From positions 62,001 to 126,000 of the forward strand of contig MU058366.1 in NCBI GenBank assembly GCA_013265495.1: DNA of 64,000 nt. The letters run 5' to 3'. This DNA is from Vicugna vicugna. Lineage: Eukaryota. This document shows positions 43,224 to 56,879 of the stretch, one piece after another. Within the stretch, counting starts at the first letter, position 1. Each line of letters starts with the position of its first letter. Below the pieces are notes generated by a model. That model searched no databases, was not told where the DNA came from, and worked only from the letters and a program-made list of their open reading frames with translations. A program made the position numbers and the translations under genes.

Positions 43224-43352
43224 CTTTTTGTGTGTTGTAGGGGGAGGCAATTAGGTTTATTTATTTATTTTTATTGATGGAGGTGCTGTGATTGAACCCA
43301 GGACCTTGTGCATGCTAAGCACGCGCTCTACCCCGAGCTATAAATTCCCCCA
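43224..43352 (-). mobile_element. Vic-1-like SINE
   Basis: TSD tctctggcctt. Confidence 0.85.
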
Positions 43353-44056
43353 TCTCTGGCCTTATTATTTATAGCAATCCATTAGTGCACATAAAATTGG
43401 TTGTAAAATTCCTAATAATGCTTTTCTCTTCAGTCCTACTTGAAGTAGCACTTTTCCCATGACCGGAAGCAATAGGTTGACAGTCCCTGAAAATTCACGT
43501 GGGCCTATCTCACATCGAGAATGACCTAAGAACTAAGTCAGGCTCCAGGTGAGTTTCCACTAAGAAGACCTGTCTGTTGGCTCTTAGCCGTCAGATGCCA
43601 CATGACTGCACACTGCTAGTCACTCATTCTGATGCAGCATTGTCATTGCCTGCTGTGCCCAGGCCTGGTGCCGGGACCAGGAAGGGAATAAGGTGTTGGA
43701 GCCTGACTCTTGGTGGGTTCAGGATGTAATTGGCAAACAGAGGTCCAGGGCAAGGGGCCTCCATGTGCAAAGATTCTGGGCTGACAAGGTCTTGTCCCCT
43801 GGGGCAAGGGAGATAGAATCAGTTGACATTTCTCTGATGGCAGAGATTTTTCCCCTAATCGGTGAGTTGCTCAAATCTTGCACTGTTGCTAAAAAAGGAG
43901 GAGTCTGGGAGGAGGGTAAGTGACCGCAGGGTCGGGAACAGGAAGAAAAGCTCTGAATTAGGGAACCAGAGTACAGGTTTTGTAACATGGAATTTTCTTT
44001 TCGGATTATTCACTTTGTCCCTTCATATAGAGAAATATACATAAGCAAAATACAGA

Positions 44057-44286
44057 CAGTTGACTCTGGAGCCAAGTTGGGAGAGCTACCCTCCAGGTGG
44101 TTGGCCACTCCGTATAACTGGTAGTTGGCCATTCTTCCGGAACCGCGGTTCACCTGTCACCTCGATTCCGCGTCCATGGAATCAGCCCACTGTGGGCCGT
44201 GCGGGGCTGTAATATTTGCTAGGGAACAAATCCGACTGTAACTGGAGCCGTGCAGTTCAGAGCTGTGATGTTGCAGCCCCAGCTGT
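44057..44286. mobile_element. Tigger-family MITE (MER8/Tigger2a-like)
   Basis: Degenerate terminal inverted repeats cagttgac...cagctg with family-like internal motifs. Confidence 0.55.
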
Positions 44287-44638
44287 GTCGGTTTTTGCCT
44301 TTTCTGGACAGGTGCCCTGTGCTGCTTTATCTGCCTAGTTCATTGTGATTTGAAGACAGCTCTTGCCAGAAAATCCTGACTCTTAGGCTTTCCTCTCCCC
44401 CCAGCTCTGTCCCCCAGCTCTTGTCATTTGTGGTTAAACAGTGCTAACCTGTTTCTAATACCTTCAGCACACTTGGTTTTCTCGCACTTTTTCTTGTTTT
44501 TTGTTTTTTTGTTTTTTTCTGCAAAGCAGAATATGATCTTGACCAGACCTAGGTCTGTGGGGGGCTGGCAGCTGTGGCTGGGCAGGTCCCAGGGTCTGCC
44601 CTGTCCAGTGATCACTTGCCTCCTTGGCCTGGGCCTTG

Positions 44639-44789
44639 TTTGTTTGTGTTTTTTTTTATTTTTTTTGGTGGGGGAGGTAATTAGGTTTATTTATTTATTT
44701 ATGATTTTTTTAGAGGAGGTACTGGGAATTGAACCCAGGATCTTGTGCATACTAAACATGCCCTGTACCACTTGAGCTATACCCTGCCC
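44639..44789 (-). mobile_element. Vic-1-like SINE
   Basis: TSD tggcctgggcctt. Confidence 0.85.
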
Positions 44790-47339
44790 TGGCCTGGGCC
44801 TTCTGAGCCTCCGCGGAGAAGCAGTTGGCAGAGAGCCTCATGGTGGGCTGGGCGAGCATTTGTTCTTAGCTGTGTTCGCTGTCACTGGCTCTTCATCCAA
44901 TTGGATGAGAAGCCAACTTTTTAGTCGCCCCTGCTCAGTTCACCCACCTCACCATCACCCCACCTCAGCCAAGTTTGCCATCTCTTTTTAATACCAGCTT
45001 ACTTTTAGCGACTGCCCCTGCCCTTTGAAACCTGCAGATGTTTCCTCAGAAGGGCTTTCAGAGCAGGAGGCGTGGCCACTCCGGCAGTTCGTGTGATTAA
45101 AGGCCAGGAGGCTGCAGAGCAAAGGGCAGCCATCTTCCACCAGAGCCCCTCCTGTCCTGCCCAGTCCCTGGTGGGGAACTCGGCTGAGTGCAGTCTGCTA
45201 CCTTTCACGTCCATTGCTCGTCCACCATCGCTCATGTCGCTCATATCGCTCATGTCACTTCCAAGTCGCTTGGTGGTGGGGAGGACTCAGAAACCGGCTC
45301 CAGCCTGGGAAGACAAAGTAAAGGGAATACACAGATACGTATCTTTAGAGCACGTTGGAAGGTATTAGCAGCTGTGGAAACAAGAAAACAGAGGAGTGCA
45401 GGGGCCCCATGACCAGATGAGCAGGTAGACCCTGGGGCAAAGTCATGGCCTTCCCTGTTCTTGGTCTGGGCCTCTGAGCAGTAGGATGGCCTGGGGCCAA
45501 CTTGTGTCTGCAGCCCGATTCCTCCCTGCTTCCCCCCTGCTTCCCCGTCCCCCTGTGAGGCTCTGTTTGCTTATTTCGAGGAAAGTTGTTACCCCAGTCT
45601 GTGTTCTTTGACCACCTTAAGCTTGATGGAGGCTATATTTCCCATATGTCCTCTCTGCTGCGTGAATGAATGATTGAGTGGCTCCTCCTCAGACCATGAC
45701 TTGACAAACTTGATGATGCTGGGATCTCGTGCACTTTGTGCGGGCCCAGAGCCGCAGGCTGAACTGAGGAATCACCTTTACCCTGTGTCTGTCCTTTAGT
45801 TCCCACATCTGAGGTGTCCGTTGATCTTAGTCACCATTCACAACCTCTGGCTAAGTGTGATTGTGGCTTTTAGTCATCAGAACGGGAACATCTTGATGGA
45901 TAAGCACATTTAAAAGACCAGCCTTTGCGATCGCAACTCTGAACTTTTCTGGATGGAATGTGCCCTGCCTCTGGTGAACTTTGCTGAGTCCTTAATTTAA
46001 AGGCTGACATGTGAAAAGTCATCTCTGTAATAAAGCTGAATAAGACGAATATCTGCCTGTTCCAAGCACACCATCACATAGGCTTCTCCCCCTTTCAAAG
46101 GGCATTCTGTTTTCTGTGAACTAAGACTTCCCGAGCTGTCACTGTTTAGAACGTCAGGCATGGGTCCTCCCAGGCTGGGTCACAGGTAAATCATCACAAA
46201 CGGTTCATCAGTGATACATTACAGCACGTGATAAAATAATATGATCCACATTTCCAGACTTTATGGCCACCTGTAGACTCTGCTGTCGTTGCTAACACGC
46301 TTCAATGATAGTTGCTGATAAACCCGTAGAATTCATTTCTGAGTTTGTTTTTCAGCTTTCTCAGCCCCACAATTACTAGTGAAAAGACACTGGTCAGCGA
46401 GGATCAAGGAAAGTCCTCACTTCTATTTCATGCTTTGAGGCAAGAAACTTGAGATTTGAGTTCATCATTTATTCACAGCAATCATTCAGTCAGTGATCCT
46501 CCAATTCCTCATTCCATACATTCAACCTATACTACACACCCACAGGAAAAGCATACAATAGTACAGATGGTTCATTTGAGAAAAAGATTTCTTCTTTCCA
46601 AGTTAATGCTGCTTTGTCTCCTGTTTTCTTGAATCTGCTTAGAGAGAGATTTGATCTCAGGCTCTTTAAATGGATCTGTGGCAGTAGCTACATAGCTTTG
46701 AAGAGTTCCAGGTCACCATTGGCAGTGCTTTGATCACTGTGTATCGTGGCCTGTCACTTTCCCATCCCAGAGTAGGAATGGGAATCTCACAGTCTGGGAA
46801 CTGAACCTGCACAATGCATATTTCTCAAGGATCTGTAGTTCCCATACCGTTCTTTGGTACCAGACAAGATCTACTACCACAGTCAGGTTGTAGAACTGCT
46901 CCATCACCGCAAATACCTCACCAGTGCGTTACAGTTCTGTCTCCCCTAGTCCCGACTGTCTCTGAGCCCTGGTCTCTAGCTCTATAATTTTGGCATCTCA
47001 AGAATGTTATGTGACTACAGTCACAGAGTACGCAGTCTTTTTATTGCTGGGAAATGGCCTGTGGTGTGGATGTACCATAGTCTTTTCAACTGCTCACCTA
47101 CTATAGGCCGTCCTGGTTGTTTCCAGGTTTTAGTAATGGATTAAAGCGTTATGAACCTTGATGCACAGGTTTTGCATGAACACTTCTGTTGTGCTGTGGC
47201 TGGGTTGTAAAGTAGTTGTTTAGGTTTTTTTTAAGAAAGTGCCCAACTCCCTTCCTGAATGGCTGTATCATCTCTCCCTGATAGTTAACGGTACTGAACA
47301 CCTTTTCATAGCCTCATTTGCCATCCTTCCTCATAGCCT

Positions 47340-47461
47340 CTTCTTTTTTGGGGGGGGGTAATTAGGTTTATTTATTTACTTATAGAGGAGGGACTGGGGA
47401 TTGAGCCCAGGACCTCGTGCCCGCTAAGCACGCACTCCGCCCCTGAGCTGTTACCTCCCCC
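47340..47461 (-). mobile_element. Vic-1-like SINE
   Basis: gtaattaggtttattt...ggggattgagcccaggacc. Confidence 0.8.
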
Positions 47462-49000
47462 ACTTTCATATCCTCCTTACTGAAATATATGCTCATGTCT
47501 TTGCCCTTCCACTTTGTTCCTTTTCAAAATTCTTTTCACTACTCAAGGGCCTGTGCCTTTCCATCATGTACACATCGTCCAGAGGTGCTTTTAGTGTACC
47601 CTCCAGGGCTCAGGCGAGTGGAACCACTTGTGTGTGAGGAATCACATCTCAGGTGCAGGCGAGTCAGTAGTGTCCCAGGGCCAGGTCTTCTGAGATGTTA
47701 AAGAGCGGTCGGAATCTCCTGATTGTCACTAAACAAAACAAGTGTGTAGCCAAAGTAAAACAGATCAGGGAGCCATTACTTTGTCCCTTCTGCTTTTTTG
47801 GCTACCATTAGAACTTGTTCCTTCATTTATTCTCCCTCTTGCTATAGTCACACGATCAGGAGCCTCTTCCCTTCGTTTCTGTTTTCCTTCCAACCCCCAT
47901 CACGTGTGTGCGACGTAGTGTTGTCAGGGTGTGCACGTGTACTACTTGTCCTTTACCTGTAATTGTTCTGTGATTCGCTAGAGGCAAATTCTGAAAAGGG
48001 AAAACCATACTATAAATGGGTTTTACATTATTGTGACTGGCTGCCGACCCAGCAGCTTTATCCCGCTTCTCCTGGTCATGCTTGCACGTCTGCTCAGGAG
48101 ACATGAACAGAAGTCTGCTGGGGAAGTTCTGGGCCACGTGGCCCTGGCCTGGCCCTTCTTTCTGCCTTGACAGTGGAGCTGAAGATTGGATTGGCAGCTT
48201 TTTGGGAGAGCTTTTCACCCCAAGCTTCATTTCTTTCTCTGTGTTGAGACTTCTGAGTCGAGAAACTCTTTGAAATCTCTCACCCCCAATGACTTCCTTT
48301 TTTGTGTGGGGGGCTGTCTATCTCCCTGCCCGCTTTGCTCTCATTTAAGCAGGGCCCAGAGTACGCGCAGGTTGTGAGCTGCCAACCTGAAGCCCCGCGC
48401 AGGCCCGCAGGTGCAGTGTTCACGGACTGACTGGCTCATCTACTGTAGAGTGCCTGCAAGTTCTGTGCCCCCTGGTGTCATAAGTCAGCTTTCTAAATAC
48501 AGCCTTTTGTCACACAATTCAGCGCCATGTGACTTCTTTGCAGTTCTAGCTGCTAGCCAAGGCGGTTTCTCTTTCTCACCACTTCCCTCATCTGAAGATG
48601 CCTAGTAACCAACACAACTTCAAATGTAACCGTGTTATCAGGATGAAAGTCCATTAAAATTAAAGTGCTATTGTATATTCTTTTGTAAGGAGCACCCTTA
48701 TCTTATGAGACATGTATCCATCCGCAGGGCTCTCCCATCCTTGCCTCTGATCTTCCAGTCCTTTTCTCTCTAGGCCCTTGGGTAGGCCACTGGGCGCTGC
48801 CCAGGAACAAGTGAATGAGTGAATGAATATAGATCTAGATAGATGGACACATAGACAGACAGAGATTTCTCCACAAGGTGCACCACTCATGCCCCACCCA
48901 CCGGGAATGTCTTCCCTCCACTCTGTCTGTAAGGGGCACCCCTGGGGGTGGCTGTATTGCAGCTGCCATCCATTTTCAGCTTGTACTCAGATACCGAGTT

Positions 49001-49250
49001 TGGAGTAATCTCACGGATGATCACTCCTTCTCAGTCTCCTTTGCTTGGATTTGTTCCTCTTCCATACTGTTTTTGATTTACTGTTTTATCAGGAGTGGCC
49101 AGTGGGCACTTTGAGAAGTTTCTACGGGCCTTGTCTAAGTCCTGCGCTACTTCAGCAGCCATAGATGAGAAAGATGAGAAAGAACCAGCAAAGGAGACTG
49201 AGAAGGAGTGTTTCAAGGAGAAGAGAGTGGTCATCTGTGCGATTACTCCA
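49001..49250. repeat. Inverted repeat with L2-like arms (49001-49045 and 49187-49250)
   Basis: cactccttctcagtctcctttgct is the exact reverse complement of agcaaaggagactgagaaggagtg; outer block pairs at 25 of 26 positions including two G-U pairs. Confidence 0.9.
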
Positions 49251-49821
49251 TTTGTTCTTCATACTGTTGATGGATTTGGGAGGTGCTCCAAGTTTGGGCT
49301 TTTCAGAGTAGTGTTGCTCTGAGAAGGGCACAACACCACTTCCATGGGATCCCCGCCAAAAAGTCATAACCTTAATCTAATCACAAGAAACCATCAGACA
49401 AACTCAAGTTGACCATGTATAAAACTATAGGCCTGGCCTCTTCAAAGATGACAAGGTCATGGAAGACAGAGAGAGCCTGAGGAACTTGTGCACACTGGTG
49501 GAGATTAGAGAGATGTGAAAACTGAGCATACTGCATGCTCCTTATTGGAGCCTGGACAAGGTACATGATGATTGGCACAGATGATGAAATTTGAGTATAA
49601 ACTGAGGACCAGATGATGGTATCATAGTAATGCTCAATTTTCACTTTTGAGAGTGCTTTTCTTCTTAGAAACACATAGAAGTTGTCCTCAGATTATGCTC
49701 AAATGGTTCAACACTTACACTGTATAACAGTAAATCCCTTGGTGCACATGATTTCCGCAGTTCATGCTCTTACCTGCTGGGCATGAGGGTTCTAGTTACC
49801 CACTTCATGGACCTTTCCCCC

Positions 49822-49957
49822 TCTTTTTTTTAATATTTTATTTTCTTGCAGGGAAGTTATTAGATTTATTTATTTTTAGAGGCAGGACTGGGGATTGAAC
49901 CCAGGACCTTGTGCAGACTAAGCATGTGCTCTACTGCCTGAGCTATTCCCTCCCCCA
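49822..49957 (-). mobile_element. Vic-1-like SINE
   Basis: ggggattgaacccaggacc...tgagctattccctcccc. Confidence 0.85.
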
Positions 49958-51658
49958 TTTCAGGCTCTTAATGCCATTTCTCTACAGTGTTTCATTTGAA
50001 AGGTTTTAAACTCACTGAAAGATGAAAGACTTTTATAGTAACTTCCATTAACCATGCCTCCTATTTTCCACACTTAACATTTTGCTGTGTTTGCTTTAGC
50101 ACCTATCTATCCCAAAACCATCTGTCTATTTACCTTTTTTTGCATTTCAAAATAAGTGGCAAACATGAGACTGCTTCACCTCTGAAGGCTTCAGCATGCA
50201 TACCATTGGCTAGAGCTCAGTATTTCTTTACGGTTCTTTTTCCTAATTTTGTGGTTAAATTTACATACAGTGAAATGCACTAGGTGAGTTTGAACACTGC
50301 ATGCACCCCTGAACCAAAACCCTTGTCACAGTATGGAACATTACCAGCGTCTCACCAGACGCAAGCAGTGGTTTACATTTTTTTTACTGTACTTTTGCTT
50401 GTTCTAAAACATCAGAAATGGGACCATTGTAGTAGCTACTCTTTCGCATAGAGCTTCTTCCACGCAGCATCGCGCTCTTGAGGTCCATCCGCGTGGGAAC
50501 TTGTACCGGCAGTTTGGTCCTTTTACTGCTGAGCGCTATTCCATTATGTGGATGTGTGACAGTTTATTTGCTCTCCTGTGAGCGGACACCTGGACACCTG
50601 TTTCTGCTTTCAGCTACCAAGAATGAAACTGGTATAAACATTCATGTATGAGCCTCTTTGTGGGCACGTGTTCTCTTTTCTCTCTAGGAGTGAGACTGGG
50701 CACGTGTGTGTTTAACGTTATATAAGAAATTGCCAAGCATTCCCACAGCAGTGGATGAGAGTTCCCAGCACCTGCCTTTTTCATTTTAGCCTTCCTCGCA
50801 GGGTGCCGTGGTATCCTGTGGTTTTAACTTGTGTTTCCCTACTTACAGTGATGTTGAGCATTTTGTCAGGTGCTTATTGGCTGTTCATGTCTTCATTAGT
50901 GAACAGTCTGTTCAAATCTTTGTCCAGCTTTTCATTACGTGTCATCCTGTTACTGAGTTCTAAGAGTTCGCTGGACGTTCTGGATACCAGTCTTTGTCAG
51001 ATGGAAGAATCACAAACCTTTATTCTCAGGCTGGGCCATGCCTTTCTGGTTTCTTAAGTGTCTTTGGTGAGTAGCTTTCAGTTTGGATGAAATCAATTGT
51101 TCGCTTTGATGGTCATCACTCCTCTGTTTCCTGAGCCGGCGCCTCGCTCAGTGGCCTTTCTTGATGAACAGATGTTCTTACTTTGAAGTACTTATGCTTT
51201 CAGTTTTCATTTTATGGTTTGGATCCTTTATATCATGTATGAGACATTTCTGCCTACTCCAAGCTTACACTGTCTTAAAGTTTGGTCAGATCACTTTTCA
51301 CCTTTGGGCTTTGTGTATAAAATGATGTGGAATCCACATTCATTTTCCCATATGGGATCGATCCAGCACCACTGATTACAAAGACCATCCTCCCATCAGC
51401 ACTCCAGTGCCTGAAATTACATCCAATTTATGATAAAGACGTCTTTCCATCTCTTAGTGTCATTCATCTAGCTTTGCTGTCTTGGAGATCGGGGTAAAGG
51501 AGTCACATTGGGTGTGTCACATTGGGGCGGTGGGAGGGGTGGGAGGGGTGGTGGGTGAGTGAAACTGGCTACCACAGGAATAAGCATTGCTTTGCAGAGC
51601 CTTTGGGGGTTTCAAAGTGCTGCCCACTTCACACATCACTGTTGTTTTGACCCAATAG

Positions 51659-51802
51659 GCCGCATCGCCCCAGTTGAACGCTGTGACTGAGGACCCGTGC
51701 ACCAATGGCTCTGCGGCCCCAGGGAGCCCAGCCCAGGCCAAGGGCCAGGAGGTGCGGAAGGTGCGACTCATACAGTTTGAGAAGTTCACGGAGGAGCCAA
51801 TG
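51659..51802 (+). CDS. MPP1: MPP1 exon 2
   Basis: aatag|GCCGCA...ATG|gtaatc; [48 protein letters not shown]. Confidence 0.95.
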
Positions 51803-51946
51803 GTAATCCTTGTCCTGTTCTCCTCACACACCGGGTGCCGCTAGGCCCAGCTCCTCCTCAGAGCAGCACCTCGGGTAGAGATGGAAAACATTTCTCCCAA
51901 TAAATCACCTTAAAATAAAGCTGACCATGTCACTGCTTCATTTCAG

Positions 51947-52025
51947 GGCATCACCCTGAAGCTGAATGAGAGGCAGTCATGCACGGTGGCACGGATTCTG
52001 CACGGTGGCATGATTCACAGACAAG
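51947..52025 (+). CDS. MPP1: MPP1 exon 3 (PDZ)
   Basis: tttcag|GGCATC...CAAG|gtactc; [26 protein letters not shown]. Confidence 0.97.
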
Positions 52026-52666
52026 GTACTCAGCTGGGCTCCTCGGCCCTCGTTCAGCGATGAGCCGGTTACTCCCCGGGAGTGTGTTTGTGTCTGTGCC
52101 AAGAGATTTTGTTGTGGCATCATAACTGGCTCTTTAGAATAGTTGTGTCGTGACATCTTCGTGTGCTTGCCCAGTGGTGCCAGCTCTCCCTCTAATTAGT
52201 TAAGCCCCTTGCAATAGATCTAGAATACATAGCAGTGAAGAAAGCAGACCATCTCTGCCTCCTGGGGCTAACAGTTAAACTGAGATAATACTTGTCAAAT
52301 AAATGATGCCAAGTAGATGTTGTATCTCCTTGATGTGAAGCCGCCATCAGTTTTCAGAGACATCCTTTAGTGACAGCGCTTGTTTGGTGTCTAGGGTGGC
52401 ACAGATGTTCATAACCATCATTCTCTTCACAGAGAATCTAAGCGCTGATTAACTTTACCACATGGTAGCATTTGGCGGTTTTAGGTAAACGGTCAAGTGC
52501 TTGCCTCGATACATCCCTGGAGGCAGTCTAAAGAACATTCGCATCTCTCAGGGTTGAATGTTTTCAATCCTCTGTGTCTGACACAGTCTGTGGCATCTCG
52601 TGTCTCATTGGCAGCTCTTGTTTGAACATCTGTTCTGCTGGGGACTGACTTTTCATTTTGTGCTAG

Positions 52667-52752
52667 GCTCCCTTCACGTCGGGGATGAGATCCTAGAAAT
52701 CAATGGCACAAACGTGACTAATCACTCGGTAGATCAGCTGCAGAAGGCAATG
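52667..52752 (+). CDS. MPP1: MPP1 exon 4 (PDZ)
   Basis: gctag|GCTCCC...ATG|gtgggt; [29 protein letters not shown]. Confidence 0.97.
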
Positions 52753-53489
52753 GTGGGTATTCGCGATGCCATTATCTCCATGAAGTGTGGCCCCGCATCG
52801 GTGTCATGGGCCTCATTTTCGTCACAGGGTTTCTGCCTCATTGAAGGGACTCTTAACCACTGCTGGTCCTTGTTCTGGGCAAGAAATGACAGCTCTCTGT
52901 TTTCATTTAGCAAACTTTTGATACAAGGCAAATAACCTGCAGTGTTTATCTAGAAAGAACATCGGACTGGGTGGCAGACAGCCCCAGTCTTGAGTGGCAG
53001 CCCTGAATCCCTGCGCTCCTTTTATTCCACCCCCATGAATTAACTTCTCTAAGGCACCTGTAAGGGGGAAGATGAGAGTAATTGCTCTTCTCACGTCCTG
53101 GATCTGCTATGAAGAGCGGATGGAAAAGTTGAATGTGCTCTTTAAATTCACTTGATCTTTGTCAAGCACCGTCTCCACCCCCACCCCCCGCCCCGAGCAC
53201 ACCAGAGACCACTCCTGTCACCACAGCATGACAAAACACCATGCAGTGCTTGGGGGTCATTGGTCACCACCAGTAGGAACCACACTTCAGGCACTCAACA
53301 ACTTGGGGAAAAGTGTAATTTCAACCAGACTGTGGTTGTTCACTTGGGACAGAGATGAGGAACCTGTTTAAGGATAGACCTTGTGTCTGACCCAGATGAA
53401 GGAACAGGGACCAGATTTACCCTGCTTCTTGGAGCACCTCAAATCCTCAGTGTCCATTCACTTAATGAGTGGACAAATACTTGAAGTAT

Positions 53490-54030
53490 TCAAAATACTC
53501 GAAGCAAAAACTAATAGGACTGGAAGGAGAAAAAGACAAATCCACAGTTATAATCCGAGATTTGATATCCCTCTTATCATAACTGACAAAACAATTAGCC
53601 AGAAAATCAGTGAGGGTCTAGAGGGTGCAACCAGCATTGTAAACCAAGTTGACCTAACAGACATGCCACATTCTCCAGGATAGACCATCAAATGAGCTTC
53701 AACATGTTTAAAGGACCCAAATCATACAAAAGTGTACTGTCCACCTACAATGAAATGAAATTAGAAACCAAAACCAGAAAGATGTCTGGAAATCTCTAAA
53801 TATTTGGAAATTAGCACACTTCTAAATGACTCACAGGCCACAGAAGAAATCACAAAGAAAATTAGAAAATATCTTGAAGTGAATAGAAATGGAAACCAAG
53901 CCTGTCAGATTTTATGGAACATCACTGGAGAAGTGCCAAGTGGAAGTTTCAAGCAGGCATGTCTGTATCAGAAAATGAGAAAGGTTTTAATCACTGGCCT
54001 CAGCTCCCACCTTAAGAAACTAGAAAAAAA
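53490..54030 (+). mobile_element. Old L1 ORF2 endonuclease-region remnant
   Basis: LLNDSQATEEITKKIRKYLEVN and LSSHLKKLEK motifs. Confidence 0.75.
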
Positions 54031-55701
54031 AAATGGACAGGATCATGGCAGATTAATGTAGAAGGCAAAGGGGTTTATAAAAGAAAACTCTGTAGTACGT
54101 TACCTGTGGTGATGGGGTGTGTGTATTTACACATTTATATATGAGCTAATTGGAGGCGGCGAGGGAACCAATTCATTACTTTGAAAACTGGTAAATCAAG
54201 AGAAAAAATGATGCGTTTGTCCTTTTTTCCCCAGATGAACTCTACTGCTGGGTAATCAGAGAGTTAATTAGGGGAAGGTTTGTAGAAGTGAAGGGCTGAT
54301 AGAGTTGCACTGTCACCATTTGGCAACTCTGAGGGAAGTAATTGACCGAGCATTGAGCAGCCACAGTTGCTACTGTCAAACAAAAAAGTATAGAAAACAT
54401 ACCACCTCTGAAATTACCCTGCCAAAAAAATTGGACATGAATCTGATTAAGCCTTTTTCTTGATTCAATTGCTGATTGATAGCAGTGAGAAACTCTATAG
54501 GACCAACAACCCAGCTCCTCCCATAAAGGAAAGACTAGAAAACACTGTATGGAGAGCAGGTAGGTGAAAAGCATCTTAGAAGACATTAACCAACTGCATA
54601 ACAAGCATTTCAAATATGTGAACATTCAAAATCTGTGCTGCTTTTTGATTTATGCAAATATAATCAATTATGTAAAAGTTAACTTGTGTTATGTGGCAAA
54701 AGATTTCATAAACAATAGACTTGGAAAAATATTTCTTGTGCCTCTAATAGGTGGACAGTTAATAACTCTAAAAGTTATTAAAGTGCTTCTAAACTGTATT
54801 ATAAAAAGACAAACAACCAAATAGAAAACCAGACAAAAGGTAGAAAAGAAAAAGCATATGGCTAATAAGCTTTTGAAAAGCTGCTCAACTTTGGTTACGG
54901 AAATAAATTTACAAAATAAAGCAACCATGAAATATATGTAATTCTGGCAAGAATTTGGGGGAAAGGGCTGCTCATATATTGCTGATGAGGGTGGAATTTC
55001 TACAGTCTTTTGGAAAAATAACTTGGGATAGCCATGAAAACGTTTTTACCGTTTGATTCTGCATTTCCATCATGGGGTTCTAGTCTATATCAATCAAATG
55101 CAGATATGGAAGGATATATGTTCAAGGATGTCTGTTGCAGAAAATGGGAGTAAAAATAAAAAACCAGCAACAATCGACATGCCCAATAATGGGGGTGATG
55201 GCTGAATAAAGTAGGACCCAGCCACAGCCATTAACAAGAATGAGCGAGGTCTCTGTGTGCTGGTCTAGAACTGTACCCATGAAGTAACGGAAACCAGGTA
55301 AAGCAAGTTACAGAGCAATGCATATTGTATAATCTCATTTTTGGTAAAAACAAACAACAAAAGCAGAAGCATACAAATACGTATATATGTGTGTCAATAT
55401 TTGTAAATGTTTTCATTGGTGTGGAGACAGGTATGTGCCAGGGTTCATTTTAGTATTTCTCAGGACCTTTTGGGTGAACTGTGGAGAGAAAGAAAAATCA
55501 TTAACCTTTTCTTCTTTGTTCGTTGTACATCCCCATGTTATTCTGCTGGTTTATGGGGCACATGCCACTTTTGCATTGAACGAAGTACTGTCCTATGAGA
55601 TTTCAAAGTGTGCAGTAAAGGTAGCTATTGGGAAAAACACTTGACCTAGTGAAACCCCAGCTCACCCAAGTTAGTTTCATTTCCCTTTTCTTTTTTAATA
55701 G

Positions 55702-55770
55702 AAAGAAACCAAAGGAATGATCTCATTGAAAGTAATTCCCAACCAGCAAAACCGTCTTCCTGTACTGCAG
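55702..55770 (+). CDS. MPP1: MPP1 exon 5
   Basis: aatag|AAAGAA...CAG|gtaggt; KETKGMISLKVIPNQQNRLPVLQ. Confidence 0.96.
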
Positions 55771-56707
55771 GTAGGTGGCTCTGTTTTCTCTATCGTGAGG
55801 ATGGCCGGATTCTTTCGGCTTTGATTGCAATGCTGTGATTCTAAATATCCCAGCAAGTGTAGCTGCCTGGTACCCTCTGAACTAAATGAATATCTGAATA
55901 TCCGTTACCAACAGGCAGGCCTTGTTTCTGACCACTGGCATGACTGTGCTTTGCCTGTCTGTAGTGGATGTAAAGGCACAGGGTAGTCTCCTAACTCACA
56001 GGAGGAAAAGTACAAGTGTCCAGGGAGCAAATATTCTCTAATCTCACCAGTCATCAAAGGACCAGAAAAGGAAGTATCTGTGCGATACAAGTTTGCACAA
56101 AGAAAATTGGCAAATGTTTTTTTAAATAGTAATAAATAAACCCAGTAATTAATAGTGCCAAAGTAAAGAGAGTCTACCATGTACAGATCACTTTGCTAGA
56201 AAATGGGGGTGCCATAAGGAGAGATGGCTACACACCCAGTTCACACACAGTTAGCTCATCAGTGGCAAGGAGAGAAACAGCTTGAACAGATCCTTGCGGG
56301 TAAATGTGGAAGAAGGGATTTAAAAACAAATGACTCTGAAGTTTCTGTCACAAATTAATTATAGTATGATGCTATAATTTTCTTTCTGAGTAAACTTTTT
56401 AAATTGAAATTTTGCTATATATGGGCATATATACAACAAAGCACAACAAATCATAAGTATAAAACTAGTTGAATTTTTACAAACTGAACACCCATGTGAC
56501 CAGCAGCCAGCTCAAAAGACAGAACGTGCCCAGCACCCTGAGAAAGCCCTGTGCTCATTTCTAGTCACCCCAAACCTGACTTCTAACACCAGGACTGAGA
56601 ATTATCTGGCTTTTTTTCCCCCTCATTTTGGCCATTGTGATGGTGGTATTACATTGTGATTTTAATTTGCATTTCTCTGGTGATTAATGAAATTAAGCTC
56701 ATTTTTA

Positions 56708-56879
56708 TTTTTTTATTTTTAAATGTACTTTATTTCATTTATTTTTGGGGAGTTGGGGAGGGAGGTAATTCGGTTTCTTTCTTTATTTATAACGGAGATG
56801 CTGGGGATTGAACCCAGGACCTCGTTTCTTGCTAAGCATGTGCTCTACTGCTTGAGCTGTACTCTCCCCACCCCACAGC
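56708..56879 (-). mobile_element. Vic-1-like SINE
   Basis: TSD aagctcattttta. Confidence 0.85.

Noticed and set aside
45005..45257. Minus-strand ORF beginning MSDMSDMSD
   Set aside because: Produced by a short 9-bp tandem repeat; no recognisable homology or splice structure.
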